Shown piece after piece: positions 54,176-62,983 of a stretch of DNA of 64,000 nt. The position numbers were made by a program, and so were the translations under genes. The DNA lies in assembly GCF_006345805.1 (NCBI RefSeq), contig NC_043000.1, positions 18,104,001 through 18,168,000 of the forward strand, written 5' to 3'. A model generated the notes under the pieces. It saw only the letters and a program-made list of their open reading frames with translations, ran no database searches and had not been told where the DNA came from. Source of the stretch: Octopus sinensis (Eukaryota). Each line of letters begins with the position of its first letter. Position 1 is the stretch's first letter.

Positions 54176-54725
54176 TACGACGGGCTTCTTTCAGTTTCCG
54201 TCTACCAAATCCACTCACAAGGCATTGGTCGGCCCGGGCTATAGCAGAAGACACTTGCCCAAGATGCCACGCAGTGGGACTGAACCCGGAACCATGTGGC
54301 TGGTTAGCAAGCTACTTACCACACAGATATATATATATATATCAACAGTTCCACAAAGAAAAGAGATGTGGAAAGAGAGCGTATAAATATAATACTTACA
54401 ATACCAGTGATGGGGATAGCAGCACCCAAAATCTGAGGATCACACCTGCCAAATAATCCACTGCAAGAGATAAGAAGAAAATTATACAATAGAGAAATAA
54501 AGAGTAATCAGCAGCAAATCACCAAATACTAAGTCTTTAGATCTATAGGCACAGGAGTGGCTGTGTGGTAAGTAGCTTGCTAACCAACCACATGGTTCCG
54601 GGTTCAGTCCCACTGCGTGGCACCTTGGGCAAGTGTCTTCTACTATAGCCTCGGGCCGACCAAAGCCTTGTGAGTGGATTTGGTAGACGGAAACTGAAAG
54701 AAGCCCGTCGTATATATGTATATAG

Positions 54726-54757
<32 letters not shown>

Positions 54758-55292
54758 TTGTGTGTCTGTGTTTGTTCCCCTAGCATTGCTTGACAACCGA
54801 TGCTGGTGTGTTTATGTCCCCGTCACTTAGCGGTTCGGCAAAAGAGACCGATAGAATAAGTACTGGGCTTACAAAGAATAAGTCCCGGGGTCGATTTGCT
54901 TGACTAAAGGCGGTGCTCCAGCATGGCCGCAGTCAAATGACTGAAACAAGTAGAAAAAAAAAAAAAAATTTGTGTGACATTGCAAGTGATAATATCATTT
55001 TAAACTTCAGCTATGTCTAACATTATTTATTATTTGGTTTGACTCAGGTTTGGTCTTATTCCTTGGTAGAATTGATGTGGGTAGCATAAGAAAGGGGTCG
55101 ATATATTAAGTACCAATTAAACACTGGGGTTGATGTAATCAAATTTATGTGGGTAGCACGATAATTAACACCCAAGTGTCAAAGCTTATAACATGCAGAA
55201 AGGGATCCTGCGAGACCTCTGACAGCAAGCTGCTGTCCGCTCTCACAGAATCTATCAGAACAAACAAAACTGAGTACTCTGAGAAGTAAAAC

Positions 55293-55324
<32 letters not shown>

Positions 55325-56089
55325 GGACCTTTTGAGCAGGATGGGCTACTCAACCTGAAGAAAATTCTAACTGGGCCCCACCTGCAAGGTCATGTGCTGT
55401 TTATTTTGATATGAGATCACCATGTCGCGCACATATGGTTGTGATGCATGTGCCTAGTGTACCCTTATCAGATGGGTAGTCATGATGGGTATATTGGGCT
55501 TCGTATAGTTTACCCCAGTGTCACTTTGATAGCATGAACTGCTCTCTCACTCAATAATAATAATAATATTGTTTCTAATTTAGGAATAAGGCTGCCAATT
55601 AATAATTATACATTATTTACACTGTTTACATTATTTATATTTGACGGATATTTGTCTTCATCTTGTTTATTGTTAACACAACGTTTTGGCTGATATATCC
55701 TTCAGCCTTCATCAGATGTCTTGGGGAAATTTTGAACTGGGGTTCTCATTCCTAAGGTATTCTTTGATGTTGTTATAATTATTATTAAGGGCACTGACTG
55801 GAATTGAACTCGGAATCTTGGGGTTAGTAGCCTGTGCTCTTAACCACTACACCATATGCCTGTGGGCATATGTCTGGTTACAAAACAATAAAATATTAAA
55901 TGTCCATTGGTCAGTTGAAGTAGTGGGCATCTCTCACTTGCATTGTTCACATATCCTGACTGGAAAAAAAATTTGCATTTTTTTACCATACAAAACCTAA
56001 CATCGGTAATTATAAAAACCTTATGGCGTAGTGGTTAAGAGCGTGGGCTGCTAACCCCAAGTTTCCGAGTTCGATTCCAGGCAGTGACC

Positions 56090-56129
<40 letters not shown>

Positions 56130-59100
56130 TATCAAAAAATACCTTAGGAATGAGAACCCAGGTTCAAAATTTCCCCAAGACACCTGATGAAGGCTGGAGG
56201 GTATATCAGCTGAAAGGTTGTGTTAACAACAAACAAGATGAGGACAAATATCTGTCAAATGTAAATAGTGTAAATAATTTCTCATCTCTTAAATATAGAA
56301 CTGGAAAATAATAATGTCCTCTACATAACCTCAAGATTACCTTGTGTCTTTGAGTTCAGGAAAGATTGTCATGGGAATGTCCAGTAACTTGCACACCACT
56401 GAACTCCATTCCATCTGGTAAAGTAAACAAATTTATGAATAAATGACAAACAATAATCAATCAATGAAAAAAAAAAAAATGAAATAACTAAAAATGTTAA
56501 GGTGATTATTGGTTCAAATCTTATACAACTACAACCATTGTGTAATCCCCCCGCTTCCCGTCACCGAACTAGTCATATAACCTTTTTCTCCTTTCCTCCC
56601 ATTCCAGTTTGACTGACTGAATAGAAAACAAGATCCAAACTGGATTCATGGATGAGTAGCTAAGAGTAGGAAGTGGGGAGCATCCAGCTGTAAAAACAAA
56701 ACAACAGTTCCAACAAATATACCAGTTCAGCTTTGCAAACATGAGAAAATGGTGCAAAACAGTAAAAAAAAAAAATCTATGACAACGACTATGATGACAA
56801 CAGCCACCACCACAGCTGCTGCTACCACATTCACCACCACATTCACCACCACTCACAACAATTTCTTATATAGGTACACGATTGATTATATCAACCCCAG
56901 TACTTAAGGGGTATTTTATTTTACTGATGCCCGAAGGATGAAAGCCAATGCTGGCCTTGGTGAGATTTGAACTTGGAATGTAAAGAGCAATGACAAATAT
57001 CATAAGACATATTTTTTTTCTGGTTCTAATGATTCTGACATAGGACAAAGGCCACACATTTTAGAGGAGTTATCAATTACATCCACCACAGTACTTATAG
57101 AAGCTCTGAAACTGGTCAGAGCTGAATTAATTTTAGCAAATTCTTTGTAACCTAGAGGTGCAAGATCAACTTTTGTGATGTAGTTGTGTGAGGCAGACAG
57201 ACACACACATACATACATACATGAGACAGGCTCCTTCCAGTTTTTGTTTACTAAATCCACTCTTAAGGCTTTGGTTGGCCAAGGGCAGTAGAAGACATTT
57301 GCACAAGGTGGGACTGAACCTGGAACCTGTGGCTGGGAAGCCAACTTCTTACCACACAGCCACACCTGTGCCTTTTGGAAGAGAAAAATATGTTATATTT
57401 TGGAAACCAAAAGAACACAAATTCCATGTAATTTAGATTGGTAAAATGGATGTATAACAGTTTAAAAGAAAAAGAAAAATAGTATGAGGCAGAATTTGTG
57501 GCGTCTTTAAAGGTGTTATTTGTGTATTGTTCATAAATAGAGACGATATGGTACTGTGATGGGAACATTCTTTTCATATGAGTAGCGGTTAGTTTTGCTG
57601 CTGTTCAATGAAACTTAACTTCCCATGTCTTCTATGAAGGATGTTTTGAAGGTCCCACTTCATGAAATTGGTTACAAGTGTGGTGGGAAAGGTCTAGGGT
57701 TACACAGGAAAAGGTGTGGCTAGAGGTAATGGCAATCCGGTCTTTTAAGTACAAGAAACAAGTGTGGGAGATATTTCTAAACACTGAAACACATTCGAGT
57801 CAATAGACTAGAAATGGTAAGTACTTTTATTTATAGACACACTAATAAAACAGTCAGATAGGAAACTTCTAATTCGAGAAACGAGAGATGGATGGTGCCT
57901 AAATAGCTTCAGCTATGACAATTATATATAAGTTTACCAATCAATTATATAGTATGCCATTTAGAGTTCCAGTTTTGGAAATAGATTGGAAATCAGTGAA
58001 TTACTATGATTAAGGTAGGAGATCCAGCTGGGAAAAAAAAATGACTACTTACAAAAATATTACAAATATCTTTATCTTTTACTTGTTTCAGTCATTGAAC
58101 TGTGGTCATGCTGGGGTACCATCTTGAAGGGCTTAAGTCAAATGAATGAATCCCAATATCATTTTTTAAAGCCTGGTACTTATTTTATTGGTTTGTTTTA
58201 CCCTATGGGGATGTAAGCAAACCACATCAGTTGTCAAGCAATGGCTGGGGACAAACAGACAGACACACACACGAGACAGACCCCTTCCAGTTTTTGTCTA
58301 CTAAATACACTTTTAAGGCTTTGGTTGGCTAAGGGCAGTAAAAGACATTTGCACAAGGTGGGACTGAACCTGGAACCTGTGGCTGGGAAGCAAACTTCTT
58401 AACACACAGCCACACCTGTGCCTTTTGGAAGAGAAAAATATTATATTTTGGAAACCAAAAGAACACAAATTCCATGTATGTTAGATTGGAAAAATGGATG
58501 TATAACAGTTTAAAAGAAAAAGAAAAATAGTATGAAACCAAGACACACATCATTCACATGTGATGACTAACCAGCTGGATGGTATACAACATAGTACTTT
58601 AGCATATTTCTCACCAGTACAGCAGGTTATCTGGTAATATTCTGGCAAACTTAACAACACTTCTATTCATTGACACGTCAAAGTGAAATTAATCAAACTG
58701 ATATCATTGAACTCCCAATTCTGAAGCATTGACTGACAGACACGGTATCACATAACATAAAATATGGCAACCAAAGCATGTTTGCACATACACACACACA
58801 CACACACATGTTGGTTACACATCATTAACAAAACAAAGAAACGATGTAAGATTGACCAGCTTTCTGGAGGAGAGAAAGCAAGCAAAAAAGGCAAAGAATT
58901 CTTAAACTATTGATTTCAAAATGACTTCTCCAGAAGCAACAGATGGTATGTCATTTTTCAACGGGGTTTCTGTTTATTACACCAGAAATGGTTTCACTTC
59001 AGCTACAGAGCCTGGAAGAGGAAGTCAGAATATATCTGCTAATATATAAGGAAAGAGTAAATGACTATCACAGCTGCAGTCATTACTGACCAACTGATAC

Positions 59101-61445
59101 TATGTAGAAGGAAACTGATAAAATAATAAACAAACTCTCTCAAAAGAATCTGTTCTTGGAACCATGTGGTGCAATAATAGAAAATTCTGGCATACTTAGA
59201 ATATTACTGAGACAGAAGTGCAGATACCAGGAACTTATTCAAACCCCTCATCTACTTGCCATTAGAGGATATAATTGAATAATAAGAGGAGAGAGAGAGA
59301 GGAATGGAAAGAGGAAGAAAACAAAAGTGAAACAGTGATAGTGAATGGGAGATCATCAATCATTAACAACATCACTATCATTTAAATATCTACTCATACA
59401 TAGCTTGCATGAGTCAAATGGAGTTTACTGAGGCAGATTTTCTACAGTGGAATGCTCTTCCTGTCACTAACCCTTACATGGTTCCCAGCAAGGTAACATT
59501 ACTCCATGGCTAAACATGTTGTTGCAGAATATTGCAAGTGAATGACATTCATTTGCAACATCCATATAATGTCAGAACACAAACAAACAAACACACAACA
59601 AGCTTCTTTCAGCTTCTGTCAACTAAATCTACTCGCAAAGCTTTGGTCAACCCAAGTTTATAATAGAAGACACTTGCCCAAGGTGCCAGTTGGTGGAGAC
59701 TGAACACAAAACCAAATGTGTTGGGAAGTAAAATTCTTAACCACACAGTCATGCCTGTGTCCACACACACACACACATATATACACACACACATATACAC
59801 ACACATATATACACACACACATATATACACACACATATATACACACACACACATATATATATGAGACAGAATTGTCCCTGTAGTGTTTTCATATAAATAT
59901 TGTAGGTTTTAGAAGAATTTTCTTATTTTAGCTTAGGTAAATGAAAGTAAACATGCACTGCCCAACCCCCTACACAAACATAAGCCTCTGAATTCTTTAC
60001 ATATTTTTTTAAAAAATCATAAAATCACTAGCATATTTTCTAGAAATTAATTTATAATTATAATTAATAACAAATACACACACACACACGCCAAAAAAGA
60101 GAAAGACAGTAGAGTTCCACAAATACTGATATTTGAAATTAAAAATGCCATAATTAATTCTTAATTTAAGCTTGGTTCATACTTTCAATAAAAAGAAAAA
60201 TCATTCTTCTGTATATTGGTATATTGGGAATAGCTTAAAATTCATTCACTGAATTCCAGTACATTGACCTAATGTTCATGGGGTGCATTTTTTCTAGTGT
60301 TCATACCATGTATTTGTTGTCAGTGAACTATCATCCATTGTTTAGATAATGTAATTCTCACCACAACTTAAGCATGTAAAGTTTTTTGATAACCATATAA
60401 AATTGTTTTTATTTTATAATTTTGTCCAAGTTTGAATCAGAATTAACTCTGAAAGTTCAGATAAATTAATACAAACTATAGTTAGGATGTTTATCTTACA
60501 ATCATTAGGCCTTGGGTTCAATTCCTAAACTGGTTTATAAAGTGCATCCTTGAGAAAAGCACTTTTTACATTGTTTCAGTCCATTCAGCTGAAAATGGGG
60601 AACTGCAACAGCTGGGAGGTTAACTCTGCTGTAATGCCTAGTTATTCATATTCTTTTACTCTTTTACTTGTTTCAGTCATTTGACTGTGGCCATGCTGGA
60701 GCAAATCGACCCCAGGACTTATTCTTTGTAAGCCTAGTACTTATTCTATTGGTCTCTTTTGCCGAACCGCTATGTTACGGGGATCTAAACACACCAGCAT
60801 CGGTTGTCAAGCGATGTTGGGGGGACAAACACAGACACACAAACATATTCACACACATACATATATATATATATACACACACACACATATGACGGGCTTC
60901 TTTCAGTTTCCGTCTACCAAATCCATTCAAAATGCTTTGGTCGGCCTGAGGCTATAGTAGAAGACACTTGCCCAAGGTGCCACGCAGTGGGACCGAACCC
61001 ATAACCATGTGGTTGGTGAGCAAGCTACTTACCACACAGCCACTCCTAAGCTTAGTGTTTGAATTAATCATGCATTATCTCATAGCTTTGCGATTCTATG
61101 ATGTAATCATTTATTTTTAGAATGACATTGAGAGTAGGTTTGAGAGGTTAGATCTGGCCAGTCGGATTAATAAAACAGGTAAGATATTTGTGCTGGATAT
61201 GGCTGGTAGGATCAGCTTAGACCTAATGAACCTGTACAATCAAGAAAAACTTCCTTTTTCTTTTTAAGAAACTAAAGCAAAAACATTAGATTGAAAAGTT
61301 TTCTTACCTGAAATGGATCAAAGAGTCCGGTGGAACTGGCACAAGAGTAATCTGTGGCATGTACTCGACCGGCAGTTAGTTTCCATAGGAGCCATGTATC
61401 AATACAACCAAACAACACTTGGTTTTGATAAAGTCTATCTTTCAG
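22373..61445 (-). CDS. GK5: Glycerol kinase 5 (FGGY family), 10 coding exons in window, 5' part outside window (348 aa + stop)
   Basis: Exons 61445-61308, 56414-56341, 54460-54400, 49699-49573, 46826-46722, 33711-33661, 32381-32338, 30358-30195, 23930-23797 and 22521-22373 splice in frame (1047 nt). Motifs: [68 protein letters not shown]-x-RAV-x-RS-x-x-W. Collinear with my recollection of vertebrate GK5. Confidence 0.92.
23192..23581 (-). mobile_element. SINE family A copy
   Basis: Collinear with other family A copies. Confidence 0.85.
23797..23930 (-). CDS. GK5: GK5 exon: [19 protein letters not shown]...[11 protein letters not shown]
   Basis: cttcag|A ... G|gtacta; 134 nt. Confidence 0.92.
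24572..24766. mobile_element. Tc1/mariner-type MITE
   Basis: 24-bp TIR CAGGGTGTCCCAGAAGTC(G/A)TGCAC; TA on both flanks. Confidence 0.9.
24923..25022. other. Assembly gap, 100 N
   Basis: Fixed-size N run typical of scaffolding. Confidence 0.99.
26086..26648 (-). mobile_element. SINE family A copy split by an RTE-type tail (26307-26469)
   Basis: The two halves are collinear with family A; the insertion lies in the central (CA/TA)n. Confidence 0.8.
26964..27184. mobile_element. piggyBac-type MITE P1; other copies at 1255-1475, 49842-50939 (split) and about 61050-61207 (partial, inverted)
   Basis: TTAA-CCC(A/T)TTAGCATT ... AATGCTAAAGGG-TTAA. Confidence 0.8.
27641..28192. mobile_element. piggyBac-type MITE P2 split by a family D insertion (27687-28032)
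   Basis: TTAA flanks; the halves match the intact copy at 62599-62819. Confidence 0.85.
28602..29609 (+). repeat. Four tandem copies (~250-260 bp) of a CR1/L2-type LINE 3' end (ORF2 tip + 3'UTR + (ATT)n)
   Basis: Units start at 28611, 28864, 29113 and 29372; the first reads [29 protein letters not shown], matching the CR1 WNxLP..VV..S...FK terminus. Confidence 0.8.
29648..30058 (-). mobile_element. SINE family C dimer (full copy plus head-truncated copy)
   Basis: Junction CAGACGAAATAC|CTATTTCTTTAC on the plus strand at about 29829. Confidence 0.8.
30195..30358 (-). CDS. GK5: GK5 exon: APINDDTA...[17 protein letters not shown]...SSV
   Basis: tgacag|GCT ... AG|gtaaag; 164 nt. Confidence 0.93.
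30737..31122. repeat. 89-bp near-perfect inverted repeat around a ~210-bp spacer; probably a Penelope-like remnant
   Basis: 30737-30825 vs 31034-31122: 1 mismatch; the spacer carries GAAA-CAGCTG-TA on the minus strand. Confidence 0.85.
32338..32381 (-). CDS. GK5: GK5 exon: [15 protein letters not shown]
   Basis: ttccag|AT ... CAG|gtgagt; 44 nt. Confidence 0.92.
32417..32718. repeat. Foldback inverted repeat, ~125-bp arms, 51-nt loop
   Basis: 32417-32541 vs reverse complement of 32593-32718: about 9 differences by eye. Confidence 0.9.
33112..33377. mobile_element. hAT-type MITE
   Basis: Perfect 16-bp TIR CAGTGGTTCTCAACCA; 8-bp TSD TTGTATAT on both sides. Confidence 0.92.
33661..33711 (-). 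CDS. GK5: GK5 exon: [17 protein letters not shown]
   Basis: ttgcag|GT ... G|gtgagt; 51 nt; phase fits both neighbours. Confidence 0.87.
33930..34268 (-). mobile_element. Additional tRNA/CORE-like SINE (family G); fragments also at about 12870-13010, 48700-48850 and 60500-60610
   Basis: Minus strand reads GCATGGCTCAGTGGTTAGAGCATTGAGCTCAC...CTTGAACAAGACACTTCATTTCACATTGCTCCAGTTCACTC. Confidence 0.6.
34277..34657 (-). mobile_element. SINE family A copy
   Basis: Collinear with other family A copies. Confidence 0.85.
35700..36495 (+). mobile_element. Decayed RTE-clade LINE ORF2 C-terminal fragment plus (GAT)n tail, interrupted by a family C SINE (~36172-36400)
   Basis: Translates to ...[16 protein letters not shown]...; after the SINE ...[11 protein letters not shown] then CCAACCCATGC...GAAAAAC...(GAT)n; many stops and frameshifts. 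Confidence 0.7.
36627..37011 (-). mobile_element. SINE family B copy
   Basis: 11-bp TSD AATGATGGGAT (36616-36626 / 37012-37022). Confidence 0.9.
38191..38367. repeat. 27-bp polypurine minisatellite, about 6 copies
   Basis: GAGAGAGAGGGAGAGAGAAAAGAGG(C/A)T repeated. Confidence 0.9.
39613..39974 (-). mobile_element. RTE-clade LINE 3' fragment with a 5' inversion
   Basis: 39749-39648(-) encodes [33 protein letters not shown]; 39751-39974(+) encodes AMLYGSETW...QRAME..MLG...[14 protein letters not shown]. Confidence 0.8.
42106..42286 (-). mobile_element. CR1-type LINE 3' end of a second subfamily, with an (AACT)n tail
   Basis: Minus strand [34 protein letters not shown]. Confidence 0.7.
42461..43443 (+). 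mobile_element. Two tandem SINE family A copies (42461-42853, 42953-43443)
   Basis: Both collinear with family A; the second has an expanded (TA)n. Confidence 0.85.
44893..45099. mobile_element. MITE with 63-bp inverted arms
   Basis: 44893-44955 and 45037-45099 are reverse complements with few mismatches (TTCTGTTRTGTCTGGGGAGAG...CTCACCGGT). Confidence 0.85.
46722..46826 (-). CDS. GK5: GK5 exon: [20 protein letters not shown]...EWAKSL
   Basis: aatcag|GC ... A|gtgagt; 105 nt. Confidence 0.93.
47033..47730 (-). mobile_element. Three head-to-tail old family C copies
   Basis: Each is delimited by (AAT/AAC)n runs. Confidence 0.7.
47735..48140. repeat. (AAT/AAC)n microsatellite, ~400 bp
   Basis: Directly visible; source of the poly-N/I/L/Y ORFs. 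Confidence 0.98.
49072..49443 (+). mobile_element. SINE family B copy
   Basis: 12-bp TSD CACTTAGACATT (49060-49071 / 49444-49455). Confidence 0.9.
49573..49699 (-). CDS. GK5: GK5 exon: [13 protein letters not shown]...[13 protein letters not shown]...IA
   Basis: tcacag|GTT ... G|gtattg; 127 nt. Confidence 0.93.
51320..51650 (+). mobile_element. Decayed RTE-clade LINE C-terminal fragment
   Basis: ...[19 protein letters not shown]...[20 protein letters not shown]...FTCPIY resembles the RTE end (KRFKD..LK...FEE.R...R..RK plus CCHH finger); low identity. Confidence 0.5.
51681..52100 (-). mobile_element. SINE family A copy
   Basis: Collinear with other family A copies. Confidence 0.85.
52370..54326 (-). 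mobile_element. SINE family A split into a 3' half (52370-52565) and a 5' half (54120-54326) by an RTE tail plus a 157-bp array
   Basis: The two halves join to give a normal family A element. Confidence 0.75.
52797..54119. repeat. G-rich tandem array, ~157-bp unit, 8 full copies plus 1 partial
   Basis: GTGCAGAAAT anchors at 52804, 52963, 53123, 53276, 53433, 53591, 53747, 53903 and 54059. Confidence 0.95.
54400..54460 (-). CDS. GK5: GK5 exon: [21 protein letters not shown]
   Basis: ttgcag|T ... ATT|gtaagt; 61 nt. Confidence 0.9.
54546..54953 (+). mobile_element. SINE family A copy
   Basis: Collinear with other family A copies. Confidence 0.85.
55605..55860 (-). mobile_element. tRNA-headed hammerhead SINE-like element (copy L), head-to-head with copy R
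   Basis: The reverse complement reads TATGGTGTAGTGGTTAAGAGCACAGGCTACTAACCCCAAGATTCCGAGTTCAATTCC ... AATACCTTAGGAATGAGAACC ... GTCAAATATAAATAATGTAAA, collinear with copy R. Confidence 0.75.
55675..55720 (-). ncRNA. Minimal hammerhead motif with G12A core substitution (probably inactive)
   Basis: GACAT-CTGATGA-A-GGCTG(aaggatatat)CAGCC-AAAA-CG-T-T-GTGTT. Palindromic ACGT stem III is intact; G12 is replaced by A at 55687. Confidence 0.6.
56021..56305 (+). mobile_element. tRNA-headed SINE-like element carrying a minimal hammerhead ribozyme (copy R)
   Basis: A box TGGCGTAGTGG (56024-56034), B box GAGTTCGATTCC (56067-56078), anticodon-arm-like TGGG-CTGCTAA-CCCCA, then (AAT)n, then a body with a hammerhead core. 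A second homologous copy lies at 55605-55860. Confidence 0.75.
56179..56224 (+). ncRNA. Minimal type I hammerhead ribozyme motif (Penelope/retrozyme-like), stem III variant
   Basis: GACAC-CTGATGA-A-GGCTG(gagggtatat)CAGCT-GAAA-GG-T-T-GTGTT. Stem I GACAC/GTGTT, stem II GGCTG/CAGCT, intact CUGANGA and GAAA. Activity is untested. Confidence 0.65.
56341..56414 (-). CDS. GK5: GK5 exon: [24 protein letters not shown]
   Basis: taccag|ATG ... AG|gtaatc; 74 nt. Confidence 0.9.
57194..58535. repeat. Local direct duplication of ~285 bp (57194-57487 and 58256-58535)
   Basis: Both copies share an old SINE head and the same unique flank (TTTTGGAAGAGAAAAATA...GAAAAATAGTATGA). Confidence 0.85.
60652..61048 (-). 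mobile_element. SINE family A copy
   Basis: Collinear with other family A copies. Confidence 0.85.
61308..61445 (-). CDS. GK5: GK5 exon: [24 protein letters not shown]...GLFDPFQ
   Basis: atttag|CTG ... CAG|gtaaga; 138 nt. Confidence 0.93.
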
Positions 61446-61986
61446 CTAAATAAATAAGAAAAAAACAAAATAGAAAGTCTCAAGAACATTAGTGGCAAAG
61501 TGTGATTTTACAGTTAAATATATTGGTCATATGCAAATCATCATCATCACCTCTTTTAATATATAATATCTGTTTTTATTGTTATTGTTTAACTGTAGGT
61601 GAGAGCAGAGTTTTTGAATTATCTCACATCAACATCGGATCCCACAGAAGCACTTCTAAAGACTGTACTGTTATACCTAATTAATCTTTTCTACTCAAGG
61701 CCTGAAATTTTTGGGGAGAGGGCCAGTCGATTAGATCGACTCCAGTACACAACTGGTACTTAATTTATCAGCCTCGAAAGGTCAACCTTGGCAGAATTTG
61801 AACTTAGAATGTAAAGACAGACAAAATACTGCTAAGCATTTTGCTCAGCATGCAAACATTTCTGCCAGCTTGCAACCTTACTGTTTCACCTAATTAATAC
61901 CATTTGACCTAACTAAAATTAATGGATGCATTACAAATGACTGAAATCTTGATGTTTAAAGACTGAAAACCGGTGTTTTGAAAGTA

Positions 61987-62983
61987 CCATAAAAACCCAT
62001 GTAAATTGCGCACCTGTGTAATTTACGCCCGCGATTTTCAGGATAAAATTTGTTAAACAAAGCTTCTACTCATGTAAAATTCACACCTCAAAGTTTTCAA
62101 AATTGCCGATATAGCCAGGGGGGGAAAAAGGGTTTCTGAAAGTCATGGGTGCTGTGTTATTTTTTGATTTTATAAGCATGTCTGCAAGTGTTTGTCATGG
62201 AATTCGAAAAAGTGCCCAAGGAAAGATGGTGGATAATCTTGTTTATAATAAACTTAATTTTACATGTCTTGCCCACAAGAGATTATGTCCAATCTTTACT
62301 ATACTGCTGCATGTCTTCTCAAACCACGATCACAAGTAAAGTTGTTGATAAGAATTATCAACAAAAACAAAGCTGATTAATATGCACAGGTATTGCGAAT
62401 TAAGTTTAAATTACCAATAAACATCAGCTTGGATGACACTTTACTTAACCAAGTAAAATATGGCTCGGACTGTAATTACTAGCATGTACATCAAACTTCA
62501 AAAAGTAGCTAACCATTTGATGGTTATCGTAAATTTATACAGAAAAAATAAGCATTATACTGTCCAGCATAAATAAAAGTCACCTTCATTATATTTAATC
62601 CTTTCGTTACTGTATTTATTTTGAGATGCTCTGTGTTTCTTTCAATTATTTTAAATATAACAAAGAATTTAGTAAAATAACTCAGTTATCATTAAACTAG
62701 TGTTAGGAATATAAATTGCAACTAGGGTTTGGTGGTATATTTTAATGCAAAACTTATGAAAACAAGACATTTGTACTACAGAGCCAGAGCCGGATTTGGC
62801 CGGGTTGGTAACGAAAGGGTTAAGCCCATTAAATAAGTCAACTTCCAGTACGAATGTTTTGTACATCTTTTTTCAACAAAAAAATTTCTAAAAAAATTCT
62901 GGAAATGTGATTTATGCACCTCCTCCAAAGTTTGTTTTTATTTTTGCCAAAAGAATGTGCATAAATTATATGGATTTTTATGG
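61987..62983. mobile_element. Non-autonomous pogo/Tigger-like DNA element (~1 kb) containing MITE P2
   Basis: 27-bp TIRs CCATAAAAACCCATGTAAATTGCGCAC vs CCATAAAAATCCATATAATTTATGCAC (22/27); TA on both flanks; the superfamily call is inference. Confidence 0.65.
62599..62819. mobile_element. piggyBac-type MITE P2, uninterrupted
   Basis: TTAA-TCCTTTCGTTAC ... GTAACGAAAGGG-TTAA. Confidence 0.85.

Noticed and set aside
55323-55565. (AAT)n-flanked repeat containing CTGAAGA, considered as another hammerhead
   Set aside because: There is no downstream GAAA with a stem II. It is probably an unclassified retroposon 3' end.
56024-56090. Possible tRNA-Ser gene (also the tRNA-like heads of families A, B, C and G)
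   Set aside because: There is no acceptor stem, no long variable arm and no oligo-T terminator, and each continues into a repeat body. These are SINE heads.
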